Assembly: GCA_964016885.1 (NCBI GenBank)
Contig: OZ024754.1
Coordinates: forward strand, 19,840,001-19,904,000
Source of the DNA: Eledone cirrhosa
Lineage: Eukaryota
DNA: 64,000 bases
Direction of reading: 5' to 3'
Every line of letters begins with the position of its first letter. The first letter of the stretch is position 1. Below, piece by piece: positions 1-14,352 of the stretch. The notes below the pieces were generated by a model. It saw only the letters and a program-made list of their open reading frames with translations. It was not told the origin of the DNA and ran no database searches. The translations under genes were made by a program, and so were the position numbers.

Positions 1-3000
1 CTTTAGTTTCAACACAACCTCAGATCAAGTTACTTGCCAGACATCTACAACTGTGGCTACAATGACTCTACCATGATATAGTTACTTTAGTTTCAACACA
101 GTCTTAGATCAAGTCACTGACCAGACATGTACAACTGTGGCTAAAATGACTCTTCCATGATATAGTTACTTTAGTTTCAACACATTCACAGATCAAGTCA
201 CTTGCCAGACATGTACAACTGTGGCTAAAATGACTATCAATGATATAGTTACCTTAGTTTCAACACAGTCACAGATCAAGACACTTACCAGACATGTAAA
301 ACTGTAGCTAACATGACTCTTCCATGATATAGTTACTTTAGTTTCAACACAGTCTCAGATCAGGTTACTTGTCAGACATGTACAACTGTGGCTAAAATGA
401 CTCTTCCATGATATAGTTACTTTAGTTTGAACACGGTCTCAGATAAAGTCACTTGCCAGACATCTACAACTGTGGCTAAAATGACTCTTCCATGATATAG
501 TTACTTTAGTTTCAACACAGTCTCAGATCAAGTCACTTGCCAGACATGTACAACTGTAGCTAAAATGACTCTTCCATGATATAGTTACTTTAGTTTCAAC
601 ACAATCTCAGATAAAGTCACTTACCATACATGTACAACTGTGGCTAGAATGACTCTTCCATGATATAGTTACTTTAGTTTCAACACAATCTCAGATCAAG
701 TCACTTGCGAGACATGTGCAACTGTGGCTAGAATGACTCTTCAATGATATAGTTACTTTAGTTTCAACACAATCTCAGATCAAGTCACTTACCATACATG
801 TACAACTGTGGCTAGAATGACTCTTCCATGATATAGTTACTTTAGTTTGAACACAGTCTTAGATCAAGTCACTTATCAGACATGTACAACTGTGGCTAAA
901 ATGACTCTTCCATGATATAGTTACTTTAGTTTGAACACAGTCTTAGAGCAAGTCACTTGCCAGACATGTACAACTGTGGCTAAAATGACTCTTGCATGAT
1001 ATAGTTACTTTAGTTTCAACACATTCACAGATCAAATCACTTGCCAGACATGTACAACTGTGGCTAAAATAACTCTTCCATGATATAGTTACCTTAGTTT
1101 CAACACAGTCACAGATCAAGACACTTACCAGACATGTAAAACTGTAGCTAACATGACTCTTCCATGATATATTTACTTTAGTTTCAACACAGTCTCAGAT
1201 CAAGTCACTTGTCAGACATGTACGACTGTGGCTAAAATGACTCTTCCATGATATAGTTACTTTAGTTTGAACACAGTCTTAGATCAAGTCACTTGCCAGA
1301 CATGTGCAACTGTGGCTAAAATGACTCTTCCATGATATAGTTACTTTAGTTTCAACACATTCACAGATCAGGTCACTTGCCAGACATGTACAACTGTGGC
1401 TAAAATGACTATCCATGATATAGTTACTTTAGTTTCAACACAGTCACAGATCATGACACTTACCAGACATGTAAAACTGTAGCTAACATGACTCTTCCAT
1501 GATATAGTTACTTTAGTTTGAACACAGTCTTAGATCAAGTCACTTGCCAGACATCTACAACTGTGGCTAAAATGACTCTTCCATGATATAGTTACTTTAG
1601 TTTCAACACAGTCTCAGATCAAGTCACTTGCCAGACATGTACAACTGTGGCTGAAATGACTCTTCCATGATATAGTTACTTTAGTTTCAACACAATCTCA
1701 GATCAAGTCACTTACCATACATGTACAACTGTGGCTAGAATGACTCTTCCATGATATAGTTACTTTAGTTTCAACACAGTTTCAGATCAAGTCACTTGCC
1801 AGACGTGTACAACTGTGGCTAAAATGACTCTTCCATGATATAGTTACTTTAGTTTCAACACATTCACAGATCAAGTCACTTGCCAGACATGTACAACTGT
1901 GGCTAGAATGACTCTTCCATGATATAGTTACTTTAGTTCCAACACAATCTCAGATCAAGTCACTTGCGAGACATGTGCAACTGTGGCTAGAATCACTCTT
2001 CAATGATATAGTTACTTTAGTTTCAACACAATCTCAGATCAAGTCACTTGCCAGACATCTACAACTGGGGCTAAAATGACTCTTCCATGATACAGTTACT
2101 TTAGTTTGAACACAGTCTTAGATCAAGTCACTGACCAGACATGTACAACTGTGGATAAAATGACTCTTCCATGATATAGTTACTTTAGTTTCAACACATT
2201 CACAGATCAATTCACTTGCCAGACATGTACAACTGTGGCTAAAATGACTATCCATGATATAGTTACCTTAGTTTCAACACAGTCACAAATCAAGACACTT
2301 ACCAGACATGTAAAACTGTAGCTAAAATGACTCTTCCATGATATAGTTACTTTAGTTTCAACACAATCTCAGATCAAGTCACTTACCATACATGTACAAC
2401 TGTGGCTAGCATGACTCTTCCATGATATAGTTACTTTAGTTTGAACACAGTCTTAGATCAAGTCACTTAACAGACATGTACAACTGTGGCTAAAATGACT
2501 CTTCCATGATATAGTTACTTTAGTTTGAACACAGTCTTAGAGCAACTCACTTGCCAGACATGTACAACTGGGGCTAAAATAACTCTTCCATGATATAGTT
2601 ACTTTAGTTTCAACACAGTCTCAGATAAAGTCACTTGCCAGACATGTACAACTGTGGCTAAAATAACTATTCCATGATATAGTTACTTTAGTTTCAACAC
2701 AATCTCAGATAAAGTCACTTGCCAGACATGTACAACTGTGGCTAAAATAACTCTTCGATGATATAGTTACTTTAGTTTCAACACAGTCTTAGATAAAGTC
2801 ACTTGCCAGACATGTACAACTGTGGCTAAAATAACTCTTCCATGATATAGTTACTTTCGTTTCAACACAGTCTCAGATCAAGTCACTTGCCAGACATGTA
2901 CAACTGTGACTAAATTGATTCTTCCATGATATAGTTACCTTAGTTTCAACACAATCTCAGATCAAGTCACTTACCATACATGTACGACTGTGGCTAGAAT

Positions 3001-5500
3001 GACTCTTCCATGATATAGTTACTTTAGTTTCAACACAGTCACAGATCAAGACAGTTACCAGACATGTAAAACTGTAGCTAACATGACTCTTCCATGATAT
3101 AGTTACTTTAGTTTCAACACAGTCTCAGATCAAGTCACTTGTCAGACATGTACAACAGTGGCTAAAATGACTCTTCCATAATATAGTTACTTTAGTTTGA
3201 ACACAGTCACAAATCAAGTCACTTACCAGGGATGTACAACTGTGGCTAAAATGATTCTTTCATGATATATTTACTTTAGTTTCAACACAGTCTCAGATCA
3301 AGTCACTTGCCAGACATGTACAACTGTGACTAAAATGACTCTTCCATGATATAGTTACTTTAGTTTCAACACAGTCTCAGATCAAGTCACTTGCCAGACA
3401 TGTACAACTGTTGCTAAAATGACTCTTCCATGATATAGTTACTTTAGTTTCAACACATTCACAGATCAAGTCACTTGCCAGACATGTACAACAGTGGCTA
3501 AAATGACTATCCATGATATAGTTACTTTAGTTTCAACACAACCTCAGATCAAGTTACTTGCCAGACATCTACAACTGTGGCTACAATGACTCTACCATGA
3601 TATAGTTACTTTAGTTTCAACACAGTCTTAGATCAAGTCACTGACCGGACATGTACAACTGTGGCTAAAATGACTCTTCCATGATATAGTTACTTTAGTT
3701 TCAACACATTCACAGATCAAGTCACTTGCCAGACATGTACAACTGTGGCTAAAATGACTATCAATGATATAGTTACCTTAGTTTCAACACAGTCACAGAT
3801 CAAGACACTTACCAGACATGTAAAACTGTAGCTAACATGACTCTTCCATGATATAGTTACTTTAGTTTCAACACAGTCTCAGATCAGGTTACTTGTCAGA
3901 CATGTACAACTGTGGCAAAAATGACTCTTCCATGATATAGTTACTTTAGTTTGAACACAGTCTCAGATAAAGTCACTTGCCAGACATCTACAACTGTGGC
4001 TAAAATGACTCTTCCATGATATAGTTACTTTAGTTTCAACACAGTCTCAGATCAAGTCACTTGCCAGACATGTACAACTGTAGCTAAAATGACTCTTCCA
4101 TGATATAGTTACTTTAGTTTCAACACAATCTCAGATAAAGTCACTTACCATACATGTACAACTGTGGCTAGAATGACTCTTCCATGATATAGTTACTTTA
4201 GTTTCAACACAATCTCAGATCAAGTCACTTGCGAGACATGTGCAACTGTGGCTAGAATGACTCTTCAATGATATAGTTACTTTAGTTTCAACACAATCTC
4301 AGATCAAGTCACTTACCATACATGTACAACTGTGGCTAGAATGACTCTTCCATGATATAGTTACTTTAGTTTGAACACAGTCTTAGATCAAGTCACTTAT
4401 CTGACATGTACAACTGTGGCTAAAATGACTCTTCCATGATATAGTTACTTTAGTTTGAACACAGTCTTAGAGCAAGTCACTTGCCAGAAATGTACAACTG
4501 TGGCTAAAATGACTCTTGCATGATATAGTTACTTTAGTTTCAACACATTCACAGATCAAATCACTTGCCAGACATGTACAACTGTGGCTAAAATAACTCT
4601 TCCATGATATAGTTACCTTAGTTTCAACACAGTCACAGATCAAGACACTTACCAGACATGTAAAACTGTAGCTAACATGACTCTTCCATGATATATTTAC
4701 TTTAGTTTCAACACAGTCTCAGATCAAGTCACTTGTCAGACATGTACGACTGTGGCTAAAATGACTCTTCCATGATATAGTTACTTTAGTTTGAACACAG
4801 TCTTAGATCAAGTCACTTGCCAGACATGTGCAACTGTGGCTAAAATGACTCTTCCATGATATAGTTACTTTAGTTTCAACACATTCACAGATCAGGTCAC
4901 TTGCCAGACATGTACAACTGTGGCTAAAATGACTATCCATGATATAGTTACTTTAGTTTCAACACAGTCACAGATCATGACACTTACCAGACATGTAAAA
5001 CTGTAGCTAACATGACTCTTCCATGATATAGTTACTTTAGTTTGAACACAGTCTTAGATCAAGTCACTTGCCAGACATGTACATCTGTGGCTAAAATAAC
5101 TCTTCCATGATATAGTTACTTTAGTTTCAACACAGTCTCAGATAAAGTCACTTGCCAGACATCTACAACTGTGGCTAAAATGACTCTTCCATGATATAGT
5201 TACTTTAGTTTCAACACAGTCTCAGATCAAGTCACTTGCCAGACATGTACAACTGTGGCTGAAATGACTCTTCCATGATATAGTTACTTTAGTTTCAACA
5301 CAATCTCAGATCAAGTCACTTACCATACATGTACAACTGTGGCTAGAATGACTCTTCCATGATATAGTTACTTTAGTTTCAACACAGTTTCAGATCAAGT
5401 CACTTGCCAGACGTGTACAACTGTGGCTAAAATGACTCTTCCATGATATAGTTACTTTAGTTTCAACACATTCACAGATCAAGTCACTTGCCAGACATGT
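1..5500. repeat. Left-edge block duplication: ~1-1900 repeated at ~3525-5500 (offset 3524 bp = 42 monomers)
   Basis: The rare monomer AACCTCAGATCAAGTTAC...CTACAATGACTCTACC starts at 1 and at 3525 (42x84-4, with four 83-bp units in between). The following variants (ACTATCAATG, CAGGTTAC, TGCGAGAC, CTTGCATG, TACGACTG) come in the same order. The second copy has one extra monomer near 5100. Confidence 0.88.
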
Positions 5501-8500
5501 ACAACTGTGGTTAAATGACTATCCATGATATAGTTACTTTAGTTTCAACACAGACACAGATCAAGTCACTTGCCAGGGATGTACAACTTTAACTAAAATG
5601 ATTCTTCCATGTTATATTTACTTTTGTTTCAACACAATCTCAGATCAAGTCACTTGCTAGACATGTGCAACTGTGGCTAAAATGACTTTTCCATGATACA
5701 GTTACTTTAGTTTGAACTCAGTCTTAGATCAAGTCACTGACCAGACATGTACAACTGTGGCTAGAATGACTCTTCCATGATATAGTTACTTTAGTTTCAA
5801 CACATTCACAGATCAAGTCACTTGCCAGACATGTACAACTGTGGCTAAAATGACTATCCATGATATAGTTACCTTAGTTTCAACACAGTCACAAATCAAG
5901 ACACTTACCAGACATGTCAAAAATGTAGCTAAAATGACTCTTCCATGATATAGTTACTTTAGTTTGAACACAGTCTTAGATCAAGTCACTTGCCAGACAT
6001 GTACAACTGTGGCTAAAATGACTCTTCCATGATATAGTTACTTTAGTTTCAACACAGTCTCAGATCAAGTCACTTGCCAGACATGTACAACTGTGGCTAA
6101 AATGACTCTTCCATGATATAGTTACTTTAGTTTCAACACAATCTCAGATCAAGTCACTTACCATACATGTACAACTGTGGCTAGAATGACTCTTCCATGA
6201 CATAGTTACTTTAGTTTCAACACAATCTCAGATCAAGTCACTTACCATACATGTACAACTGTGGCTAGAATGACTCTTCCATGACATAGTTACTTTAGTT
6301 TCAACACAATCTCAGATCAAGTCACTTGCCAGACATGTACAACTGTGGCTAAAATGACTCTTCCATGATATAGTTACTTTAGTTTCAACACAATCTCAGA
6401 TCAAGTCACTTACCATACATGTACAACTGTGGCTAAAATGACTCTTCCATGATATAGTTACTTTAGTTTCAACACAATCTCAGATCAAGTCACTTACCAT
6501 ACATGTACAACTGTGACTAGAATGATTCTTCCATGATATAGTTACTTTAGTTTCAACACAATCTCAGATCAAGTCACTTGCCAGACATGTACAACTGTGG
6601 CTAAAATGACTCTTCCATGATATAGTTACTTTAGTTTCAACACAATCTCAGATCAAGTCACTTACCATACATGTACACCTGTGGCTAAAATGACTCTTCC
6701 ATGATATAGTTACTTTAGTTTCAACACAATCTTAGATCAAGTCACTTGCCAGACATGTACAACTGTGGCTAAAATGTCTCTTCCATGATATAGTTACTTT
6801 AGTTTCAACACAATCTCAGATCAAGTCACTTACCATACATGTACAACTGTGGCTAGAATGACTCTTCCATTATATAGTTACTTTAGTTTGAACACAGTCT
6901 TAGATCAAGTCACTTATCAGACATGTACAGCTGTGGCTAAAATGACTCTTCCATGATATAGTTACTTTAGTTTCAACACAGTCTCAGATCAAGTCACTTG
7001 CCAGACATGTACAACTGTGGCTAAAATGACTCTTCCATGATATAGTTACTTTAGTTTCAACACAGTCTCAGATAAAGTCACTTGCCAGACATCTACAACT
7101 GTGGCTAAAATGACTCTTCCATGATATAGTTACCTTAGTTTCAACACAGTCACAGATCAAGACACTTACCAGACATGTAAAACTGTAGCTAACATGACTC
7201 TTCCATGATATAGTTACTTTAGTTTCAACACAGTCTCAGATCAAGTCACTTGTCAGACATGTACGACTGTGGCTAAAATGACTCTTCCATGATATAGTTA
7301 CTTTAGTTTGAACACAGTCTTAGATCAAGTCACTTGCCAGACATGTGCAACTGTGGCTAAAATGACTCTTCCATGATATAGTTACTTTAGTTTCAACACA
7401 TTCACAGATCAAGTCACTTGCCAGACATGTACAACTGTGGCTAAAATGACTATCCATGATATAGTTACTTTAGTTTCAACACAGTCACAGATCATGACAC
7501 TTACCAGACATGTAAAACTGTAGCTAACATGACTCTTCCATGATATAGTTACTTTAGTTTGAACACAGTCTTAGATCAAGTCACTTGCCAGACATGTACA
7601 ACTGTGGCTAAAATGACTCTTCCATGATATAGTTACTTTAGTTTCAACACAGTCTCAGATAAAGTCACTTGCCAGACATCTACAACTGTGGCTAAAATGA
7701 CTCTTCCATGATATAGTTACTTTAGTTTCAACACAGTCTCAGATCAAGTCACTTGCCAGACATGTACAACTGTGGCTGAAATGACTCTTCCATGATATAG
7801 TTACTTTAGTTTCAACACAATCTCAGATCAAGTCACATACCATACATGTACAACTGTGGCTAGAATGACTCTTCCATGATATAGTTACTTTAGTTTCAAC
7901 ACAGTTTCAGATCAAGTCACTTGCCAGACGTGTACAACTGTGGCTAAAATGACTCTTCCATGATATAGTTACTTTAGTTTCAACACATTCACAGATCAAG
8001 TCACTTGCCAGACATGTACAACTGTGGCTAAAATGACTATCCATGATATAGTTACTTTAGTTTCAACACAGACACAGATCAAGTCACTTGCCAGACATGT
8101 ACAAGTGTAGCAAAAATGACTCTTCAATGATATAGTTACTTTAGTTTCAACACAATCTCAGATCAAGTCACTTGCCAGGGATGTACAACTGTAACTAAAA
8201 TGATTCTTCCATGATATATTTACTTTAGTTTCAACACAATCTCAGATCAAGTCACTTGCTAGACATGTGCAACTGTGGCTAAAATGACTCTTCCATGATA
8301 CAGTTACTTTAGTTTCAACACAATCTCAGATCAAGTCACTTACCATACATGTACAACTGTGGCTAGAATGACTCTTCCATGACATAGTTACTTTAGTTTC
8401 AACACAATCTCAGATCAAGTCACTTACCATACATGTACAACTGTGGCTAGAATGACTCTTCCATGACATAGTTACTTTAGTTTCAACACAATCTCAGATC

Positions 8501-11500
8501 AAGTCACTTGCCAGACATGTACAACTGTGGCTAAAATGACTCTTCCATGATATAGTTACTTTAGTTTCAACACAATCTCAGATCAAGTCACTTACCATAC
8601 ATGTACAACTGTGGCTAAAATGACTCTTCCATGATATAGTTACTTTAGTTTCAACACAATCTCAGATCAAGTCACTTACCATACATGTACAACTGTGACT
8701 AGAATGACTCTTCCATGATATAGTTACTTTAGTTTCAACACAATCTCAGATCAAGTCACTTGCCAGACATGTACAACTGTGGCTAAAATGACTCTTCCAT
8801 GATATAGTTACTTTAGTTTCAACACAATCTCAGATCAAGTCACTTACCATACATGTACAACTGTGGCTAAAATGACTCTTCCATGATATAGTTACTTTAG
8901 TTTCAACACAATCTTAGATCAAGTCACTTGCCAGACATGTACAACTGTGGCTAAAATGACTCTTCCATGATATAGTTACTTTAGTTTCAACACAATCTCA
9001 GATCAAGTCACTTACCATACATGTACAACTGTGGCTAGAATGATTCTTCCATGATATAGTTACTTTAGTTTGAACACAGTCTTAGATCAAGTCACTTATC
9101 AGAAATGTACAGCTGTGGCTAAAATGACTCTTCCATGATATAGTTACTTTAGTTTCAACACAGTCTCAGATCAAGTCACTTGCCAGACATGTACAACTGT
9201 GGCTAAATTGACTCTTCCATGATATAGTTACTTTAGTTTCAACACAATCTCAGATCAAGTCACTTACCATACATGTACAACTGTGGCTAACATGACTCTT
9301 CCATGATATAGTTACTTTAGTTTGAACACAGTCTTAGATCAAGTCACTTGCCAGACATGTACAACTGTGGCTAAAATAACTCTTCCATGATATAGTTACT
9401 TTAGTTTCAACACAGTCTCAGATCAAGTCACATACCATACATGTACAACTGTGGCTAGAATGACTCTTCCATGATATAGTTACTTTAGTTTCAACACAGT
9501 TTCAGATCAAGTCACTTGCCAGACGTGTACAACTGTGGCTAAAATGACTCTTCCATGATATAGTTACTTTAGTTTCAACACATTCACAGATCAAGTCACT
9601 TGCCAGACATGTACAACTGTGGCTAAAATGACTATCCATGATATAGTTACTTTAGTTTCAACACAGACACAGATCAAGTCACTTGCCAGACATGTACAAG
9701 TGTAGCAAAAATGACTCTTCAATGATATAGTTACTTTAGTTTCAACACAATCTCAGATCAAGTCACTTGCCAGGGATGTACAACTGTAACTAAAATGATT
9801 CTTCCATGATATATTTACTTTAGTTTCAACACAATCTCAGATCAAGTCACTTGCTAGACATGTGCAACTGTGGCTAAAATGACTCTTCCATGATACAGTT
9901 ACTTTAGTTTGAACACAGTCTTAGATCAAGTCACTGACCAGACATGTACAACTGTGGCTAGAATGACTCTTCCATGATATAGTTACTTTAGTTTCAACAC
10001 ATTCACAGATCAAGTCACTTGCCAGACATGTACAACTGTGGCTAAAATGACTATCCATGATATAGTTACCTTAGTTTCAACACAGTCACAAATCAAGACA
10101 CTTACCAGACATGTCAAAAATGTAGCTAAAATGACTCTTCCATGATATAGTTACTTTAGTTTGAACACAGTCTTAGATCAAGTCACTTGCCAGACATGTA
10201 CAACTGTGGCTAAAATGACTCTTCCATGATATAGTTACTTTAGTTTCAACACAGTCTCAGATCAAGTCACTTGCCAGACATGTACAACTGTGGCTAAAAT
10301 GACTCTTCCATGATATAGTTACTTTAGTTTCAACACAATCTCAGATCAAGTCACTTACCATACATGTACAACTGTGGCTAGAATGACTCTTCCATGACAT
10401 AGTTACTTTAGTTTCAACACAATCTCAGATCAGGTCACTTACCATACATGTACAACTGTGGCTAGAATGACTCTTCCATGACATAGTTACTTTAGTTTCA
10501 ACACAATCTCAGATCAAGTCACTTGCCAGACATGTACAACTGTGGCTAAAATGACTCTTCCATGATATAGTTACTTTAGTTTCAACACAATCTCAGATCA
10601 AGTCACTTACCATACATGTACAACTGTGACTAGAATGACTCTTCCATGATATAGTTACTTTAGTTTCAACACAATCTCAGATCAAGTCACTTGCCAGACA
10701 TGTACAACTGTGGCTAAAATGACTCTTCCATGATATAGTTACTTTAGTTTCAACACAATCTCAGATCAAGTCACTTACCATACATGTACAACTGTGGCTA
10801 AAATGACTCTTCCATGATATAGTTACTTTAGTTTCAACACAATCTTAGATAAAGTCACTTGCCAGACATGTACAACTGTGGCTAAAATGACTCTTCCATG
10901 ATATAGTTACTTTAGTTTCAACACAATCTCAGATCAAGTCACTTACCATACATGTACAACTGTGGCTAGAATGATTCTTCCATGATATAGTTACTTTAGT
11001 TTGAACACAGTCTTAGATCAAGTCACTTATCAGAAATGTACAGCTGTGGCTAAAATGACTCTTCCATGATATAGTTACTTTAGTTTCAACACAGTCTCAG
11101 ATCAAGTCACTTGCCAGACATGTACAACTGTGGCTAAATTGACTCTTCCATGATATAGTTACTTTAGTTTCAACACAATCTCAGATCAAGTCACTTACCA
11201 TACATGTACAACTGTGGCTAACATGACTCTTCCATGATATAGTTACTTTAGTTTGAACACAGTCTTAGATCAAGTCACTTGCCAGACATGTACAACTGTG
11301 GCTAAAATAACTCTTCCATGATATAGTTACTTTAGTTTCAACACAGTCTCAGATCAAGTCACATACCATACATGTACAACTGTGGCTAGAATGACTCTTC
11401 CATGATATAGTTACTTTAGTTTCAACACAGTTTCAGATCAAGTCACTTGCCAGACGTGTACAACTGTGGCTAAAATGACTCTTCCATGATATAGTTACTT

Positions 11501-14350
11501 TAGTTTCAACACATTCACAGATCAAGTCACTTGCCAGACATGTACAACTGTGGCTAAAATGACTATCCATGATATAGTTACTTTAGTTTCAACACAGACA
11601 CAGATAAAGTCACTTGCCAGACATGTACAAGTGTAGCAAAAATGACTCTTCAATGATATAGTTACTTTAGTTTCAACACAATCTCAGATCAAGTCACTTG
11701 CCAGGGATGTACAACTGTAACTAAAATGATTCTTCCATGATATATTTACTTTAGTTTCAACACAATCTCAGATCAAGTCACTTGCTAGACATGTGCAACT
11801 GTGGCTAAAATGACTCTTCCATGATACAGTTACTTTAGTTTGAACACAGTCTTAGATCAAGTCACTGACCAGACATGTACAACTGTGGCTAGAATGACTC
11901 TTCCATGATATAGTTACTTTAGTTTCAACACATTCACAGATCAAGTCACTTGCCAGACATGTACAACTGTGGCTAAAATGACTATCCATGATATAGTTAC
12001 CTTAGTTTCAACACAGTCACAAATCAAGACACTTACCAGACATGTCAAAAATGTAGCTAAAATGACTCTTCCATGATATAGTTACTTTAGTTTCAACACA
12101 GTCTCAGATCAAGTCACTTGCCAGACATGTACAACTGTGGCTAAAATGACTCTTCCATGATATAGTTACTTTAGTTTCAACACAATCTCAGATCAAGTCA
12201 CTTACCATACATGTACAACTGTGGCTAGAATGACTCTTCCATGACATAGTTACTTTAGTTTCAACACAATCTCAGATCAAGTCACTTACCATACATGTAC
12301 AACTGTGGCTAGAATGACTCTTCCATGACATAGTTACTTTAGTTTCAACACAATCTCAGATCAAGTCACTTGCCAGACATGTACAACTGTGGCTAAAATG
12401 ACTCTTCCATGATATAGTTACTTTAGTTTCAACACAATCTCAGATCAAGTCACTTACCATACATGTACAACTGTGGCTAAAATGACTCTTCCATGATATA
12501 GTTACTTTAGTTTCAACACAATCTTAGATCAAGTCACTTGCCAGACATGTACAACTGTGGCTAAAATGACTCTTCCATGATATAGTTACTTTAGTTTCAA
12601 CACAATCTCAGATCAAGTCACTTACCATACATGTACAACTGTGGCTAGAATGACTCTTTCATGATATAGTTACTTTAGTTTGAACACAGTCTTAGATCAA
12701 GTCACTTATCAGACATGTACAGCTGTGGCTAAAATGACTCTTCCATGATATAGTTACTTTAGTTTCAACACAGTCTCAGATCAAGTCACTTGCCAGACAT
12801 GTACAACTGTGGATAAAATGACTCTTCCATGATATAGTTACTTTAGTTTCAACACAATCTCAGATCAAGTCACTTACCATACATGTACAACTGTGGCTAG
12901 AATGACTCTTCGATGATATAGTTACTTTAGTTTCAACACAATCTCAGATCAAGTCACTTGCCAGACATGTACAACTGTGGCTAAGATGACTCTTCCATGA
13001 TATAGTTACTTTAGTTTCAACACAATCTCAGATCAAGTCACTTACCATACATGTACAACTGTGGCTAAAATGACTCTTCCATGATATAGTTACTTTAGTT
13101 TCAACACAATCTCAGATCAAGTCACTTACCATACATGTACAACTGTGGCTAGAATGACTCTTCCATGACATAGTTACTTTAGTTTCAACACAATCTCAGA
13201 TCAAGTCACTTACCATACATGTACAACTGTGGCTAGAATGACTCTTCCATGACATAGTTACTTTAGTTTCAACACAATCTCAGATCAAGTCACTTACCAT
13301 ACATGTACAACTGTGGCTAGAATGACTCTTCCATGACATAGTTACTTTAGTTTCAACACAATCTCAGATCAAGTCACTTGCCAGACATGTACAACTGTGG
13401 CTAAAATGACTCTTCCATGATATAGTTACTTTAGTTTCAACACAATCTCAGATCAAGTCACTTACCATACATGTACAACTGTGGCTAAAATGACTCTTCC
13501 ATGATATAGTTACTTTAGTTTCAACACAATCTCAGATCAAGTCACTTACCATACATGTACAACTGTGACTAGAATGACTCTTCCATGATATAGTTACTTT
13601 AGTTTCAACACAATCTCAGATCATGTCACTTGCCAGACATGTACAACTGTGGCTAAAATGACTCTTCCATGATATAGTTACTTTAGTTTCAACACAATCT
13701 CAGATCAAGTCACTTACCATACATGTACAACTGTGGCTAAAATGACTCTTCCATGATATAGTTACTTTAGTTTCAACACAATCTTAGATCAAGTCACTTG
13801 CCAGACATGTACAACTGTGGCTAAAATGACTCTTCCATGATATAGTTACTTTAGTTTCAACACAATCTCAGATCAAGTCACTTACCATACATGTACAACT
13901 GTGTCTAGAATGACTCTTCCATGATATAGTTACTTTAGTTTGAACACAGTCTTAGATCAAGTCACTTATCAGACATGTACAGCTGTGGCTAAAATGACTC
14001 TTCCATGATATAGTTACTTTAGTTTCAACACAGTCTCAGATCAAGTCACTTGCCAGACATGTACAACTGTGGCTAAAATGACTCTTCCATGATATAGTTA
14101 CTTTAGTTTCAACACAATCTCAGATCAAGTCACTTACCATACATGTACAACTGTGGCTAGAATGACTCTTCCATGATATATTTACTTTAGTTTCAACACA
14201 ATCTCAGATCAAGTCACTTGCCAGACATGTACAACTGTGGCTAAAATGACTCTTACATGATATAGTTACTTTAGTTTCAACACAATCTCAGATCAAGTCA
14301 CTTACCATACATGTACAACTGTGGCTAAAATTTTTCTTCCATGATATAGT
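5400..14350. repeat. Irregular HOR domain, period mostly 20-26 monomers
   Basis: CAGCTG variant at 6928, 9110, 11041, 12720, 13980 (26, 23, 20, 15 monomers apart). The first ATGACATAG variant of each cluster is at 6201, 8383, 10398, 12245 (26, 24, 22 monomers apart). Confidence 0.8.
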
Positions 14351-14352
14351 TA

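Noticed and set aside
39-132. p53-like half-site AGACATGTAC and E-box, Myb or AP-1-like hexamers (CACTTG, CAACTG, TGACTC) in the consensus
   Set aside because: Only one imperfect p53 decamer is present and the CWWG cores are not 10 bp apart. Short motifs like these are expected by chance, with no supporting context.
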